Source of the DNA: Vicugna vicugna
Lineage: Eukaryota
Length of the DNA stretch: 64,000 nucleotides
Direction of reading: 5' to 3'
Assembly: GCA_013265495.1 (NCBI GenBank)
Contig: MU058423.1
Location: 4,169,061-4,233,060 of the forward strand
The notes under the pieces were generated by a model. It was given only the letters and a program-made list of their open reading frames with translations, did no database searches and had not been told where the DNA came from. Positions 1 through 14,219 of this stretch are shown one piece after another (position 1 is the stretch's first letter; each line of letters opens with the position of its first letter). The position numbers and the translations under genes were made by a program.

Positions 1-1242
1 AAAGCAGTTAGGCTGCTGACACTAAACAGTAAATCCCTGGATTTAGTTAACAAAAAAAGGCTTCTACTTTTTGAAGGGTTTTTTTTTCATTCAACAGAAG
101 AAACTCATAGCATTGATTTTTGAGAAGGGGCTGTTTGCATCAGGTGTCTTGAAATCCAGACGTACTCTTGATCTTAGCCTGTTTGGATCAGAAATCACTT
201 GCCACCTAGGGAATACGTCTTTATACAGCTGCCCAGGCATTACAATGCTCATGGCATGAGTTGGGTGCCCAGCCCTCCTGCCTCAAATTCTAACCAGGGA
301 TGGCAAACTGGAGCCCTGCTTACATCTCCCTTGGGGTTCAGAGTACCCTGAGTCAAATTCATGCGTGGGTTAAATCTCTCCAATAATGTACAACTACTGA
401 AAGTGTAGTCCTCAGTCCTGGTTATGTATTGTTACTGTCTCGGGGGTTTCGCACAATCCAGATGCCCCACCCCCAGAGAATCACACTTCAGTATGCGGGA
501 GTGGGGCCAGCCATAACTATTTCATTTCAGTCTCACTTAACCTTTATATAGTCACTGAGATGCTCACAGTCTTGTCACTTTTTAGTTTTGGACGATTAGA
601 ATCTTGCTGTCACTCTTTCCCTTTTGTTCTCATAAAACCAATGACACAAAGGTTAAAGCCACTGAGAAAGTTTTTCAACAAGTGCAGTTGTCTCATCTCT
701 TTTCAAATGAGCAATTAATAATTCATAACAATTAACTGAGTTACGAGTTTCTCTTTCAATACGTTTCCAAACACAAATAGATTAAATGGTAATTGCCATC
801 AAATTTTATGTTCTGTTTCATGTGCCCAATGAAAGTTTATCTTTTGGAACTCCACTTTGTATTTCCTTTTGATATATTCATAACCAAATGCAATATACTG
901 TATTAAAATATTTATTATTAACCTATCAAATATTAACCACTTTTAAATTATATGGATGAAAGAAAACAAATAGGCTACTTGTTTAAGTTTTCATGATTCT
1001 CCTTGTTTTAATATGATTTGGATTTGTAGAATACATGCTGGTAAAAACTGACGGCATGAGATACTAAATGAGTTCTTATTCCTTATAAGATTTTTGCAAG
1101 GCATATGTGTGCCCTTTGGTTTCCCAGTCACCATTATTCTATGAACACTAAGTGAAGAAAACGAACTAACAAACGAAACATTTGGGCTTTGAAGTCAGCC
1201 TCTGAGGCTGACTCCTTAAAGTCCACACTTACTATCTCATCC

Positions 1243-1405
1243 TCTGATTCTCAAACTTTAATGTGCATATGAGCCACCTAGAGATCTTTTTAAAATGCAG
1301 GTCAGTAAGTCTAGCATGGGGCCTGAGATTCTGCATTTCCAACAAATTTCCGAGTGATGCTGATGCTACTGGTTGAAGGATCACACATTTAAGTTACAAG
1401 AATCT
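1243..1405. mobile_element. MER5A-like hAT-Charlie DNA transposon relic
   Basis: ttctcaaacttta...ggggcctgagattctgcatttccaacaa...gtgatgctgatgctactggt resembles the MER5A consensus. Confidence 0.75.
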
Positions 1406-1555
1406 AAATGACTACATGCAGGCTACCTAGCCTCTCTGGGCCTCTGTTCACTTACCTGGAAAGTGGGGATAACTGCTACCTGGGTTTTATGCAGATTAGA
1501 CAAGGCAGTGTAAATGGCTTGGCATAGTTCCTGGCACATGGCAAGCACTGTCATC
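1406..1555 (+). mobile_element. MIR SINE fragment
   Basis: MIR core cctctctgggcctctgttcacttacctggaaagtggggataa...cctggcacatgg. Confidence 0.65.
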
Positions 1556-2334
1556 ATTGCAATTAGGAGAGCTAATCTATGACTTAAGTGCTACACCAGA
1601 ATATCTCTAAGACTCCAACTTAGATATAAGGCTCCAAGGTTGTAGGTCAAAGCAGGGATACCTATGATCAGAAAAGCAAGCTATAAAAGTGGAACTGGAA
1701 GTCGGTCTTCTCAGATTCCAAGAGTGAGGCACTGTCAGATCTGAGACCCCTCTGTACTTCCAGCCCTTATTAGAGGGCAAGGATCACATTTTATTTGTCT
1801 CTTGGTGCTCAAATGTAGCACAATTCCTGGCACATAACTCAGAATTTAATATTTGTTAAATGAATGATAGTACGCATAAGTGATCGAGTAAATGAGTGTA
1901 TGAGTGATTGCATGAACAAGCAAATAAATTAGGCAACCCAAAGCCAGCCTAGTTTGCCGGGGAGGATTCAAAAGATTTAGCAAGGCTCTGTGAAGCAGCT
2001 CTTCTACCACCTTGGTTAAACTGAATTTGGCATCAAAGATGAAATGAAGGGAAGAGTTTTTCTACAGAGGTATGATATGACCTGACCTCATTTATTGTAC
2101 ATGAAGAACATATTGAACACGGCTGATTTAATCACGTTTTATTAGCTAGGCCTATCAATAGGTGAAGCACAGCTTCCCCCACCCTAAGACACCAGACAGT
2201 CTTTAGCAAAATTGTGACTTCAGAAATTTCAAGCCCTGAGATAATCTGATGGAATTCATACATTATAAGTCCGTAAGTAGTTTAGCATCCTTGGTGCAAA
2301 ATCAGCAACTTTAACTTTCATCTTAAAGAAAGAA

Positions 2335-2447
2335 CAGATGGATGGCAACTAGCTGTATCATGATGACCATTTTGGAATGTACAGGAATATCAAATCACCA
2401 TGTTGTGCACCTGGAACTAACATAGTGATACAGGCCAATTAAAAAAA
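2335..2447 (+). mobile_element. 5'-truncated L1 3' end (ungulate type)
   Basis: gatggcaactag...aatatcaaatcaccatgttgtgcacctggaactaacatagtg followed by an A tail. Confidence 0.65.
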
Positions 2448-4183
2448 TATGGAGACACTAGGAGGAAATACATCAAAATGCTAATGATGGTTATTTCTGG
2501 GGGTGGCGATTATGAGTGACTGCTAATTTTTACCTAATGCCTTTATCTATTTCTAGTTGTCTGCAGTGAACACGCATAGCTTGTAAAATTAGAAAGAAAA
2601 TAATAAATGTCATTAAAATTGAAAAAAAAAGAGAGAAATAACAGGGATGTGATATTTCAGGAAAGACCTCATAACACACCCAAGTATCTTCCACATGGGC
2701 ACTCATAAAAGCTGGGTCAGCAAAGTCATCGAAAATGCAGTGGTTGTCACCTCTGACACTACATCCCTAATACATTGCCAAATTGTCCTGGTAATAAGCC
2801 CCCCTGTAAACTCACAGACTTTGTCTCTTTGCACTCAAAATCCATGTGAACAATGTAGTTGTCCATATTATTGATTATCATGATGAAGAATACAGATTAG
2901 GGTAAGACTAAGTCCACAGAGTCAATAACACTAATTAAAAAGAGGTCTAAATGTGATTCTTAAAAATAATTACATCAATATTTCATTATTTTTGTACTGT
3001 GTTGTCTCTGAGACATAAGCTCATTTCCCCAAAGAGTTGTAGCTTAGAAGAAATAACTAACAATACATAATATTCATCCTACACTTTGGCAGAATATGGG
3101 AAGGAATAGTGTCAAAAATATATCTTAGCAATTCTTTCTCTTATAAAATATCTAGAGATATCTGGATGATCTTGACTATGAACCACAAGCATGAGCTGGG
3201 GACTGAGGTTGGACGCAGAGCAGAGGAACTGCATGTGGGTCTGAATTTCTGTGTGTATGCGCTTGTTCTAGAAGAAATCCAACTTTACTGGAATTTACAT
3301 CAAGATAATCAATTGCCCTGAATTTACACATGCCTCTTGTCCATACCTTGCAGCAACAGATGACTGAAGGTTGACTGTAATTTTTAAAGACAGAAATCTT
3401 GGCAAAGATAGGATGAAAAGCCTGTGGCACTTAAATAGAGATGGGTCATGACATTCTGTCCCTGTAGGTAGAGCTACATGATTTTAGAATGTCCTGGGCT
3501 CATCTATCGATTTGAGTGTGACTCAGTCTCACTCAACAGAGCACTGGACAGAAAAGGTAGGGTTCACAGCACTGATGTGCACTTTATTCAGAATAATTAC
3601 CTCTGATATTAAAGTTGATCATAAAAAATACATTCTCAGCGTATTCTGTATGCATTTTTATTTCCTGTGCCCTTGGTGTTGTGGCCCATATTATTACTGT
3701 GATTCTCCCTTATCAGGGCTTTTTGTTGATATTGAAGGTGACTGGCTGTTGGTGCAGAAGGCAACAGAAAGACTCCTCATGCCAACATGAGCAATCCTGA
3801 TTGTATTATGGCCACCCTGACTTCGCTTTCATTAGTTGCTGATTGCACTAAATTGATGCGAAATTGACTTGGCTGGCTTGTAAGCCTTTAAACAGTTGGC
3901 ACCGACTGTGTCTGTGATCTTGCTCTGGAAATTATATGGCCAAAGCCTTCTGTAAATCTTAACATTTTTCTTAAGGTCAATTACGGCCTGGTAAATGTGA
4001 ATCAGTTAGATCAACTCCCCGAGATACTCATATCAAGAAAAAGGATGCACTTTGATGAAATGCATGGTTTGGGTTTTTTTTAATTTAATGCCCTCTCTTG
4101 CCTCCTGCTTCATATTCTCTCCATTTTATCTAAGAGGTCCTTGTTTCTTCATTTCTAACTCCTGCGTGAGTTTAAAAATAAAC

Positions 4184-4485
4184 CAAACTATAGTCCGTAG
4201 GCCAAATCCAGCCTGCATCCTGCTTACGATGGCCTAGGAACCAAGAATGGGCTTCACATTTTTTAGTGAAGGAAACAAAATCAAAGGAAGACTATTTCAT
4301 GGCATGTGAAAATTACATGAAATTCAAATTTCAGTGCCCATAAAGGATGTGTTACTGGACCACAGACAGATGCACTCTCTCGCTTCAGTGTTGTCTGGGG
4401 CTGATCTGGGGCTACAGCCACACAGCTGAGGGGTCGCCCCAGGAAGCCTAAGATAATTACTGTCTGGTCCTTTACGAAAAGTTTG
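4184..4485. mobile_element. MER58B-like hAT-Charlie relic
   Basis: caaactatagtccgtaggccaaatccagcctgc...aaattcaaatttcagtgcccataaa...ctggtcctttacgaaaagtttg. Confidence 0.75.
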
Positions 4486-4862
4486 GAATAATTTTTTTTT
4501 TTTTTTTGCCTCTGACTCCATCTACAAAGTGAAAATGGCAAAGTCTTATAAAATGTCATAGCAAACTCAGTTAGCATTAAGGGTTCACGATTAACTGGCT
4601 GGCCACCTATTAGGTGTTTGAGTTGGGAAAATTACTCCAAGTCTCAGTTTTGCTTTCTATAAAATAAGGGAAAAAAATATTACCTCTCTGGTAGAATGAC
4701 ATAGTGCATACATGTTCCTGACACACAGAAAGTGCACAATAAATAATAACAATTTCATTATTTTAAAATCATTATTCCTCAGAAATTGGTCCATATGCAA
4801 ACAGGTCAGACCATTTTTGAGACTTTAGGATCACGTAATTTCGGACCAAGAAGGAGTCTTAA

Positions 4863-5145
4863 ATCACAGGCATAGAAAACAAATTTATGGTTACCAAAGG
4901 GGAAAGGCAGGGGGAGATAAATTTGGAACTGGGGATTGACAGATACACACTACTTACATATAAAACAGATAAACAACAAGGACCTACTGTATAGCACAGG
5001 GAACTATATTCTATATTTTGTAATAAGCTATAATGAAAAAGAATCTGAAAAATAATATATATGTATGGATCACTTCGCAGTACACCTGAAACACTGTACA
5101 TCAACTACACTTCAATTAAAAAAAAAACCAAAAAACAAAAAAGGA
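4863..5145 (+). mobile_element. L1 3' UTR fragment with poly(A) tail (artiodactyl-type L1)
   Basis: catagaaaacaaatttatggttaccaaagggga...aacaaggacctactgtatagcacagggaactatatt...tcaactacacttcaatt followed by an A-rich tail. Confidence 0.85.
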
Positions 5146-8100
5146 AGAAGAAAAAAGATCCTTGGAACATCCAAACCCTGTCTAGGATTTCACAGGGGGC
5201 GCTGCCCAGGAAAGGCTGAGGTGGTTGAGGAAATTTTCCTTGGAGAGGGTGGGAACAGTCACACCCAGAATCAGGTCACTGTGTGGACTCCTAGAACTCC
5301 GTCATCAGGAGCCACCTCCCACCCCGGTTTATCTGTGGCTCCTATACCCAGAATTCCGTTCTATTGGTGACTGATGACTGGCCCTTTACTTAAATGAAAA
5401 AATTTCCCTGACAAGTTTCAAGTGGGTTGGTCCTTTTTCAATTGAGCTGATTTTCATACTTAGATAGCTTCTTTATACATGCAACTTTAGACGACTTTGA
5501 GATTCTCTCTCTCTTACACGCACACACACCTTCTCACAAGTGTGTAAAGAATGGGTCACGGTGAAACTCCACGTATATACTGCCTGAAGTAAGGAAGAAC
5601 TTCATGTACTGTGTTTCTGCTTGGTCTCCTGACCATCTCTCCATCAGAGGCCAGGCTGCTGCTTTGACACTGGGCACTCGTGGGTACAACTGTACCCGCA
5701 TTTCTTCATGAGTTTCGGCGTTTCACACATCTTTCATTGTTATGCTTGGATAGTTCTATAGAGTGAAATGGTACAATTTGTGCATACTTGTCATTCTCAA
5801 TATTCTTTTCAAATAAAGGGGGGAAATTAGCATGCATGGCCAAGTAAGTACGGAAAGTTGCCCATCCAGGTGAGAGCTGAGGCCCCTCTCTGAGCTGAGT
5901 ACTGGTTAGCTGAGTAGCAGGCAAACCTCAGAATGTCAAGAGGGAGCCTGGAATTGCTGTTTGTATGTCCACTGTTCGTATTTGTCCTATGGTGAGCTTC
6001 AGCAATTCGAGAGCCTTGGGTTTTGAAAGTATTTAGGATATGATCCTACTGTGAAGGACATTCGAACAACTCACTCCTTTCAACCAGCTCCACCAGCCTT
6101 TGCTTCTGTGGCTGTCTCCAACGAGCCATTAGTGGTGTGAAGCACTGAAGCACCTTCCACCGCGTCAGTGTAAACCCCGACTCCCCTGCTCACAGGTGGC
6201 ACCGAGTCCCTGATGTATTAGAGGCAGGTGGGCTTTTTCAATCAATCCCAAATTAAAGTTATATTAAGGACAGCGGGAAAACAGGACTGCAGCTGGAAAG
6301 TGATGGCTATTAGCAGGACCGAGTGGTGTGGCACTGCCCTGCTGAATCAGGAGAAATTTCACAACTGAGAGCAACCCTGGGTTCGCTCTTCTAGCTGACA
6401 AAAGTGAACCATTTCCCCCCAGGAGGACAGCCCAGCATATTTGTAATGCCTACAAATTGTCACTTTCTATCGCCTGTCTTCCTAATATTTTCCTTCTTAA
6501 ATTACCTCTGGGAGACTCCTACTGGTTCTGTTTAACGAGCACTCCCTTCCCACCCTTAGGAGTTGAAAACAGCAACATCAAGTGCCCATCCAAGTATTTA
6601 TTTTTCATCACTGTTATGTGTGTGGTGCTCAGCAAGGGAAATGAGACTGGTGTTCAAGTTGATAGCAAGGAAATTAAAAACTTGGAGTCGGTGATGCCAT
6701 TCATTTTTAGCAAGAGAGATACAAGAGCCAAACGAGTGAAATCATGTGTCTAGAGCTGCAAATGCTCTGAAGCATCACAGACTTCCTTGTTTATGTGGCA
6801 TGCCTCCTGCCAGTGGATTCAGCACGTAAGGTCAGCTGGTGAAATGTGAACTGGATATTTTAAGGTAACACAGCAAATAGAGGAGACTACAAACAGAGGC
6901 AATTGAAAAATTACAAGTTAGGCTCAAGGTATTTGCCCAAGGAGGTATAATCTTCATCTCAGAAAAGCAAGTGGAAGCATCATCTTAGTGATCACAAGTT
7001 GGGTTGGCAGTTCTGTAGAAGTTAATCTCATATCAAAAAATAAAGAAGAAGAAGAAGAAAAGAAACCCCCCCCCCGAACTACAGTCACAGAAAAGCTATG
7101 ATGGGAATCAATTAATCTCTAGAAAACAAGGTGTTATATAAGCCTTAAGCCTGCCTCTTGAAGTGAGGACTGACAACACGCTAGTGAGAGGATGAGAGTC
7201 TGTCCATTGGTAAAGAGAGATTGTTCTTAACACAGACTGAGCTGGGTCTCTCACTCTACCTTCCCTTTGCTCCACGGACTTGGTCTGAAAGTCAGAGCTG
7301 GAAAGTTGGAGAGGCCCTGGAGGTCTTTCATTTGACTTCTCATTTAAGCAGAAATTCTCCAGAAAGCATCACTCATAGGATCCCGTTCAGCATTTTTTTT
7401 GAACTTCTTCAGAGTCTGGGGATTTATCATTTCCCCAAGAACCCTACTGTACATTCTCAGACAGCTGGAGAGAATACTAGTTGGAAAGTGTTAAGCTGAA
7501 TCCCACCTCTCTTTACTTACTGGTCCCTAGTCTATCTTCCTGAACCAACAAGTCCAGTTTTACATAATAGCCCTCCAAATACTGGATGACGTCTGTGACA
7601 CGTTAAATCATATGCCTAACCAGCCTTTTTCAACTCTTTTTCATAAGGAAAACCTTTCACCAAAGACAAAAAACCCTCCTATACCACTGCTGCATCAAAA
7701 TGTTCTTTCCAAGGACTGGACTCTTGATGTGGGCTGCCCGGGGCATGCTTCAGGGGACTACCACCATTTTTGGTCCTTGTTTGGTCTGAAACTGTGTTAG
7801 CTTCTTCGCTACTCACGACAAAATGTTGTCTGGAGTTAAACTGGAATGTAAGCTAAGATTTCCCCATCTTTGCCACTCAAACAACTTGTTAACACACCTC
7901 TGCACCCTTCTACATTTTTGCAACTTGTTTTTATAGCCTTAATTTGCAGCAGTGTCTAGCATACAGTAGGGACTTAATAAATGTTCATTAAAACTTCCCA
8001 AGGGATCCTTGTACAGACATGCTGGTAATTTTAAAAGTCTCTCATTTTTCTCTAGAAACGGTTCAGGATTTTATTAATATATGTGTGTTTGATTTTAAAG

Positions 8101-8280
8101 AGGGTCTAAGATCTTACCTTTTTCCCCAAGAACATTTTGAATTTTTCTTGAACGTTTGGAGCAATATCCCTTAAAGGTTTTTAAGAGTATTGCTATGTGA
8201 CACTGTCATCTCCCAAGTGGTATTGGTAGTTTCCTGAATGCTTCTTCCACTCATTTGGGTGAAGAAATTCTCATCAGTGC

Positions 8281-8348
8281 AAGCTAACAACTAGCAGAAC
8301 ACATCTCTTAGCAGAAGCCAACAATTAGCAGAACACATCTCTTGGCAG
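8281..8348. repeat. 34-bp tandem duplication (2 copies, 3 mismatches)
   Basis: aagctaacaactagcagaacacatctcttagcag / aagccaacaattagcagaacacatctcttggcag. Confidence 0.9.
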
Positions 8349-8708
8349 ATATCTTGATATGTGGGTTCCCTCATTTTGGAAGATTATAGAGCATTTGGAT
8401 TTCCTAATTTTGCTTTGGGCAATATCTATATCTCTAAATGGTTGTATGGTCTAAAACATACACTCATAACACCTTTTCTATAAGATCTCTGACCTTGATT
8501 GAAAAATATTTCACAGACTCTAATTCACAGTGCAAGTCTATACCTTCTTGACATACATTATTTCATTCTTTCTAATCATATTACGTTATTTCTTTTACAT
8601 AAGTTTTACCCTCGAATATCTTTATTCCAAGCATGAGTTACATTCCATCTCCATGATACCTGCATGTTTATCCCTAGCATTAAACGCTAACATTCTTGAT
8701 GATTATCG

Positions 8709-9197
8709 CAGTAGGCAGAGAAAAAGGTCTCCCCAAAGATGTCTGTATGCTAATTTCTGGAACCAGTTTCCTTACAGGACAAAGGGATGTGGTTACATTT
8801 AAGGGCCTTGAGATGGAAGGATTATCCCGGATTATCTCTATGTCCCCACTCTAATCACATGGGTTCTTAAAAGTGGGACTGTGTCCAGGTTATAGTTAGA
8901 GAAAGACGTGGTGATGGAAGAAAGGCACAGAGAAATGAAAAGTTCTTGGTGGACGAAGGGGACCACAAGCAAAGGAATGCAGGTGGCCTCCAGATGCTAG
9001 AAAAGGCAAGGAAACAGATTCTCCCCCAGAGACTCCAGAAGGAAACACAGCCCTGCCAACATCTTGATCTAGTCCAGTGAGTCCGCTATTGGGTTTGCAA
9101 ACACAGAACCATTAGACAATAAATTTGTGTTGTTTTGAGCCACTAAATTCGTGGTAATCAGTGGTAATTTTCTCCAGCAGCCATGAAAATAAATCTA
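8709..9197 (+). mobile_element. MaLR solo LTR (MLT1D-like)
   Basis: ccccaaagatgtc...ccttgagatggaaggattatcccggattatc...gaaaaggcaaggaaacagattctcccccagag...aataaatttgtgttgttttgagccactaaatt. Confidence 0.85.
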
Positions 9198-10384
9198 GTT
9201 ATTTGCATTCTCTGGGAAGGGTATTTTTCCACTATATTCCTCTCAAATTTAATTCAAAAAAATCTTCTTGATCGGGCCATTGAGCCTCCTAAGAAACACA
9301 CGTTTTCCTGTTCTTGGTCATACATGTACCGATCCCTTCCAAGAACACACATTCTGATACTACAGGCCATGGTCCAGCGGCTGAACCTCAGCCTTCTTTG
9401 TGCTACATGTGCTTAGATCTTGATTTCCTACATGCTCTGTTTTCTTCCAAAATCATAACACTTAGCCATGTCATGAAATATTCTGACTTTAACCACAACA
9501 TTCACACTGTAAGTTCTTCTGAAAGCGCCATTAGTAAATTAGGTAAAAATGTGGGGAAACTGGCAGCTTTCATAAACACTGCATGATGTTCTAGTGCAGC
9601 TCATGCATCCTCTAGGAAGACAGCACATCTCTCCATCAGCCTCACTACATCTCCATGTGGCTATTTCCATTTCATTTTCCAGAAACAAAAAAAAAACCCC
9701 ACAAACCTCCCCTATGTCTAGTCTTACTGATGCCCTTAACAAGTGTTTCATCGTCTCCCAAAACATGTGAACCGACCATATTTGATGCGAACTCAGCACG
9801 GAATGTTACTTGTCTTTAGAAGGTTCAGCTTTATTCTCTGAGAGGTGGCTCATGCCTCTTCTCAGATTTCAAAGGGGCACATAAAAAAAAAAAGTCTTCT
9901 CTTTGTCCTCCATGTCTCATTCTTCTGTGGAACAACCTCAACACTAATTTTGATTCTGCCTGGCCTTCTTGAAATCATTTTATTTCTGCTTTCTTTCTTG
10001 AATTGTGTGTGCCATGCTGTCTACAGTCCATCATCCTGATGGTTTTCAAGTGTTTCATCTTTTATCAGAGAGACCAGCTTACATTTATGGTGCACACAAT
10101 TGGTGGCCCCCTCAGGCAGAAAGTGCACTGATGAGCTGGAGTTCTTGATTTCCCCAGGCGAAGACACACAATTGCTCTTGGGGTCACCTTTGCTTCAATC
10201 TCTTGAATCAGCCTTGTCTCTCTAATCAAGGGAGTTTTGGAATCTCCTCCGTCAACCATTTGATACTCAACAGTGGCCAGCCTTGCTACACTTTCTGTAC
10301 TAGTATTGTACAGTTGGTCTTTAAATACGGATTCTTGCCTAGTTCTTTGACACATCAGCTTGTTCTTGGCACTAACTAATTATA

Positions 10385-10605
10385 ACTGAGATCTTACTAT
10401 GTAGTATGAGGTCCACATTCATTATTTTCCTTGAATCTTCACAATTATCACATGTGTTAGGCCCTAGTACTACCCCCATTTTCAGATGAAAAACCAGGCT
10501 TACAGAGCCCTAGTAATTTCCTCCAAGTCCTGCAGGCAGTAAGGCATGGAGATGGGCTTCAAACCCGGGTCTGTATGTGTCCAGAGTCTAAATGTGAACT
10601 CACTC
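10385..10605 (-). mobile_element. MIR SINE
   Basis: ccccattttcagatgaaaaaccaggcttacagag...gggcttcaaacccgggtctgt. Confidence 0.7.
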
Positions 10606-10961
10606 GGTTCTAATCATAGGATGTTTAAGCAGGCTTGCCAGTAACTGAATCTCTTTATTGTCAGTTTCCAAATCCAAGTCCTTTGGACTGCAGTTTCGCA
10701 TTGCTCCTCTTGCCAGTCCTCTGGGGGACTGAAGCCCTGTTTCTGGATCCCCTGGACTCTGTCCTGATACCTCCGACAGCCCCTCTCTGGCGGTGCCTAC
10801 CTACACGTACACTGCTTAACCCTTACTCACTGCGTCCAGAGCCACGGTCAGTCCTCCTCCACTACTGCATTTCTTCTTGGCATTGGTTAACCTTGTGGGC
10901 AGGTTAATATCAATGCCACTGATAATGTGTTCCACCTAAGGATGCGCAAGCAACAGCAATA

Positions 10962-10966
10962 TGTAT

Positions 10967-11003
<37 letters not shown>
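10962..11003. repeat. (TG)n microsatellite
   Basis: Visible directly. Confidence 0.95.
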
Positions 11004-11006
<3 letters not shown>

Positions 11007-11419
11007 TTATGCTGATGATCTTAGGAAGGAAGAGAGATTGACTGGAGGGGCATTTCTGAGTGCATTCACGTGTGTGCAGACATAGGAGTGATATAAGAAG
11101 TATTTATCAACCTACAAGCACGGACTAATTAGCATGGTCACCTGCTCTAATACTGGAGCAGGTGCTGAAGGCACACTTCTATGACAGGAATCACCCCATT
11201 AGTTACTAGATTTTGGGGGTGATCTAAGAGCTCCTAGGGGAGGCACATAGGAATCTTCATGCAGTAGCTGTTTACCAACTGGCAAAAGAATTTCTATATT
11301 TCAACACAGAATATCAACCCTGTGGTGGGTGGATCTGAGGGAAGAAAAGATTTCAGAGTTAGATAAAACTACCGTGTGCTCAAAGATGTATGTATTTGAA
11401 ACATGTTGAATTTATATAG

Positions 11420-12045
11420 TAAATCCAGTCTCATACTGTTCCAGTCATTCTTTACAGGGCAGTCAGAATGATCTTTCTAAAACAAAATCTTATCCTTTCT
11501 TCCTCTGCTCAGAACTGGACGGTAGGTCTGATATCTCTCCTGCACAATGGCCCTCGCATCTCTTCCTTGATGTGATGAAACTTCTTGGCTTGGTGTTCAA
11601 GAAACCACATGATCTGGTCTCTAGTTGCTTTTTCAACATCTTCCCTCCCCACCAACACACACACACACACACACATACACACACACACACACACACACTG
11701 TCCCTCAATCAGTTTCAAACTGTTTCGTATTTCTGGAACATAGTGTGTTAGCTCATGTACTTTTTTGCCCAAGGCGTCCCATACTGGAAAGCTCCCAGTA
11801 ATCCTTCAGTAATCAACCAAATATCAGCTCTCTAGGAAGCCTTACTCCCCATCTGGGCTTCACTAAAATCAGGTGCATAGCTCTTGGTTCTGGTCCCCTT
11901 CTGTCTAATTGTTGAGCCCCATGTCAGCCTCTCACTCCAGATGGTGAACTTCACGTCCACATGTCCAAAGCCACTGTCTCTCCTCATCCTGTAGCCTATA
12001 CCACTAGCTCAATGCCTAAGTTATAGTAGTTACTCAAGAAATACT
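11420..12045 (+). mobile_element. L2 LINE 3' fragment interrupted by a (CA)n microsatellite (~11655-11698)
   Basis: gcagtcagaatgatctttctaaaacaaaatct... through ...tagtagttactcaagaaata, resembling the L2 3' region. Confidence 0.6.
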
Positions 12046-12995
12046 CCCGGGGATAAAGTATTTACTCCTACAATCTCGCTGACCCACCAGCCAAGGATGT
12101 AAGGCGCTGGAGTCGAGGCACAGAGGGTTCTGTACACCATCCAACCCTTCAGTGGAAGGGCTGTGCTTAAAGCCAGTCTTCCAATTCCAGAAGGAAAACT
12201 CTGATGACATTGTATCTTTTTTTTTTTACATAATACTCCAGACATTAACACAGAAAAATCAAGTCAGGCCGTTTTCGGCATACACTTCCCCTACAGCTGG
12301 AAAATTAGTCTATTTTCCTCTCCAGTGTCCTTCCCTGATTACACCCGGACCCCATTCGCTAGGTCCTGCTGCGTCAGGAAGTTTACATGAGACTTCCCTT
12401 TTGAGAGGGTGTGTCTTTATTAAGTCTCCTTATACCTTATGCTTTGAAGTCTTGGTGCTAGTTTCAGCCCCTCCTCTGTCTCTCCTTGTCTCCCCCTGAC
12501 TACTGGCCTCCTGTGAGCCTCTGCGTCCAGATGTTCCTGGACTGATGACTATCTTCTGAGTCCTAGTTCCTCACATGGTCCTTGTGACCTAGAACTCATC
12601 CAAACCTTAAGGTGCTTTCTAGGAACCTCAGTGCGCATGACTTTCAAACCATGGCCTCATCCAGAGCTTATGTGCAGATGCGTTGCCTGACTTCTGACTA
12701 TTTGATTCTTAGCTGGAGATCCTCACCCTCCAGCTTCTAGATCCCGTCCTAACTTTGGCCTGCTCAATGCCAAATCTCTCAATTATCACCACCATTCATT
12801 GATGCCCATGGCATTAGTGTGGCAGTAAATTTCACCTTGCCTTTATAACAGGTAGATGTGTAGCTTCCAGCTAACTATACACTCCATAAGTAGCGGGTAA
12901 AATATTCTGTACAGCCCTGGTAGAAACTGGCTTTAGATAATTCCTGTATGCTGACATTTTTTTTCAAGTGAAAAGTAAGCAAAAAACCTCTAGAG

Positions 12996-13289
12996 CTGTG
13001 CTGTCCAATATGGTAGACATATGTGTCTATTAAGCCTTGCAATATGGCTAGTTCTAATTGAGATGTTCTGTGAGCATCAAACATCTGATTTCAAAGACAG
13101 TATGAAAAATGTAAAATATATCCTTCATAATTTTATTGGTAACTCTATGTTGAAGTGAAAATATTTCATCTTTTTGGAAAAAATAAGTTGTTAAAATCCA
13201 CTCCATTTTATTTTTACTTTTTTAATGTGGATAACAAAATATTTAAAGTTACATGTGTGGCTTGCATGATTTCCTACTGGACTGCTCTG
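12996..13289. mobile_element. MER33-like hAT-Charlie MITE with terminal inverted repeats and 8-bp TSD
   Basis: Ends ctgtgctgtccaata / tactggactgctctg; flanked by ctctagag (12988-12995) and ctccagag (13290-13297), matching the Charlie NTCTAGAN target. Confidence 0.85.
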
Positions 13290-14084
13290 CTCCAGAGATT
13301 TGCCTGGTGCCTCTTTAATATTAGTAAGCTGACTGTGATTAGACAGAATGGAAAGTTAGTGCAGAATTAAAAAGCAGGAAAGGTTATGAATGACAGAAGG
13401 AAGCTTCTGCTCAGATTTTTAAATTTCTGCTCCCTGAATACACCGACATGCCACCTGCCTTGACAAGCTTTTATGAAGGTCTGATAATCCTCAGAGAAAT
13501 GAGGCTGAACCAAATGGCATCCGTCTAAGGCTCGCTGCACAGTGCCTAACCTCAGAGGCTTAAAAATCAATATTGATTTTCATCATTTATTTGACCCTGG
13601 CATTTAAATATCCCTCAGATTTATTACCTTTAGGCTTTTGGTTCATATTCAGTGATGGGTAGGATACAAGGGTGGTAATAAGTTATGCAGATATCATTTA
13701 ATTTATGAACTCTGGAGCTCCAGGGTAGTTCAAGAAATATATTAACCACAGACACATCACCCTTCATTTTGTGGTAAGGACTTCCAAGCTGGGTCCCTAT
13801 TGTGCCACTTAATTTATGGTCTGGCCAGGTACACGGTTCTGCGTACAATATTTCAGTATAACTTGCTCCAGCCATCAGAGGGGACGAAGATGGGCTTCAA
13901 AGGAGCCAGCTGGACAGCTGATGGATTGCTCTCTCTCCTATACACAGGCTGGGGCATTACGTGGTTTTTAAAGCTTGTCAGCGGTTTGGGTCTTTTTCTG
14001 CTCCGAGAAGCTGCAGGCACCGGCCTAGACGAGCAGAGTCAGCCATGCTGCAGCAGGCAGAGGGCAGCTCCCAGAGTTACTTAC

Positions 14085-14219
14085 GTTGGCAGCCGTAGTG
14101 CCAGGAATTTCCCGGCAGACACTCATCACACTTAGGCCCTGTCGTTCCAGTCTTACACTCACAAAATCCTGAGCCATTACAACGATCATGGACCGAGCCC
14201 AAAGGGTTACAATAACACT
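14085..14219 (-). CDS. NTNG1: NTNG1 exon 9 (135 nt, phase 1/1), laminin-EGF repeat 3: (E)[44 protein letters not shown]
   Basis: gtcttgtttctacag|AG...CAAC|gtaagt; 8-Cys LE pattern; lies within ORF 14077..14262. Confidence 0.97.

Noticed and set aside
10065..10355. 96-aa minus-strand ORF with a donor-like AT|gtaagc near its end
   Set aside because: No pyrimidine tract or acceptor upstream, and the donor would be phase 0, which does not fit the phase-1 NTNG1 intron.
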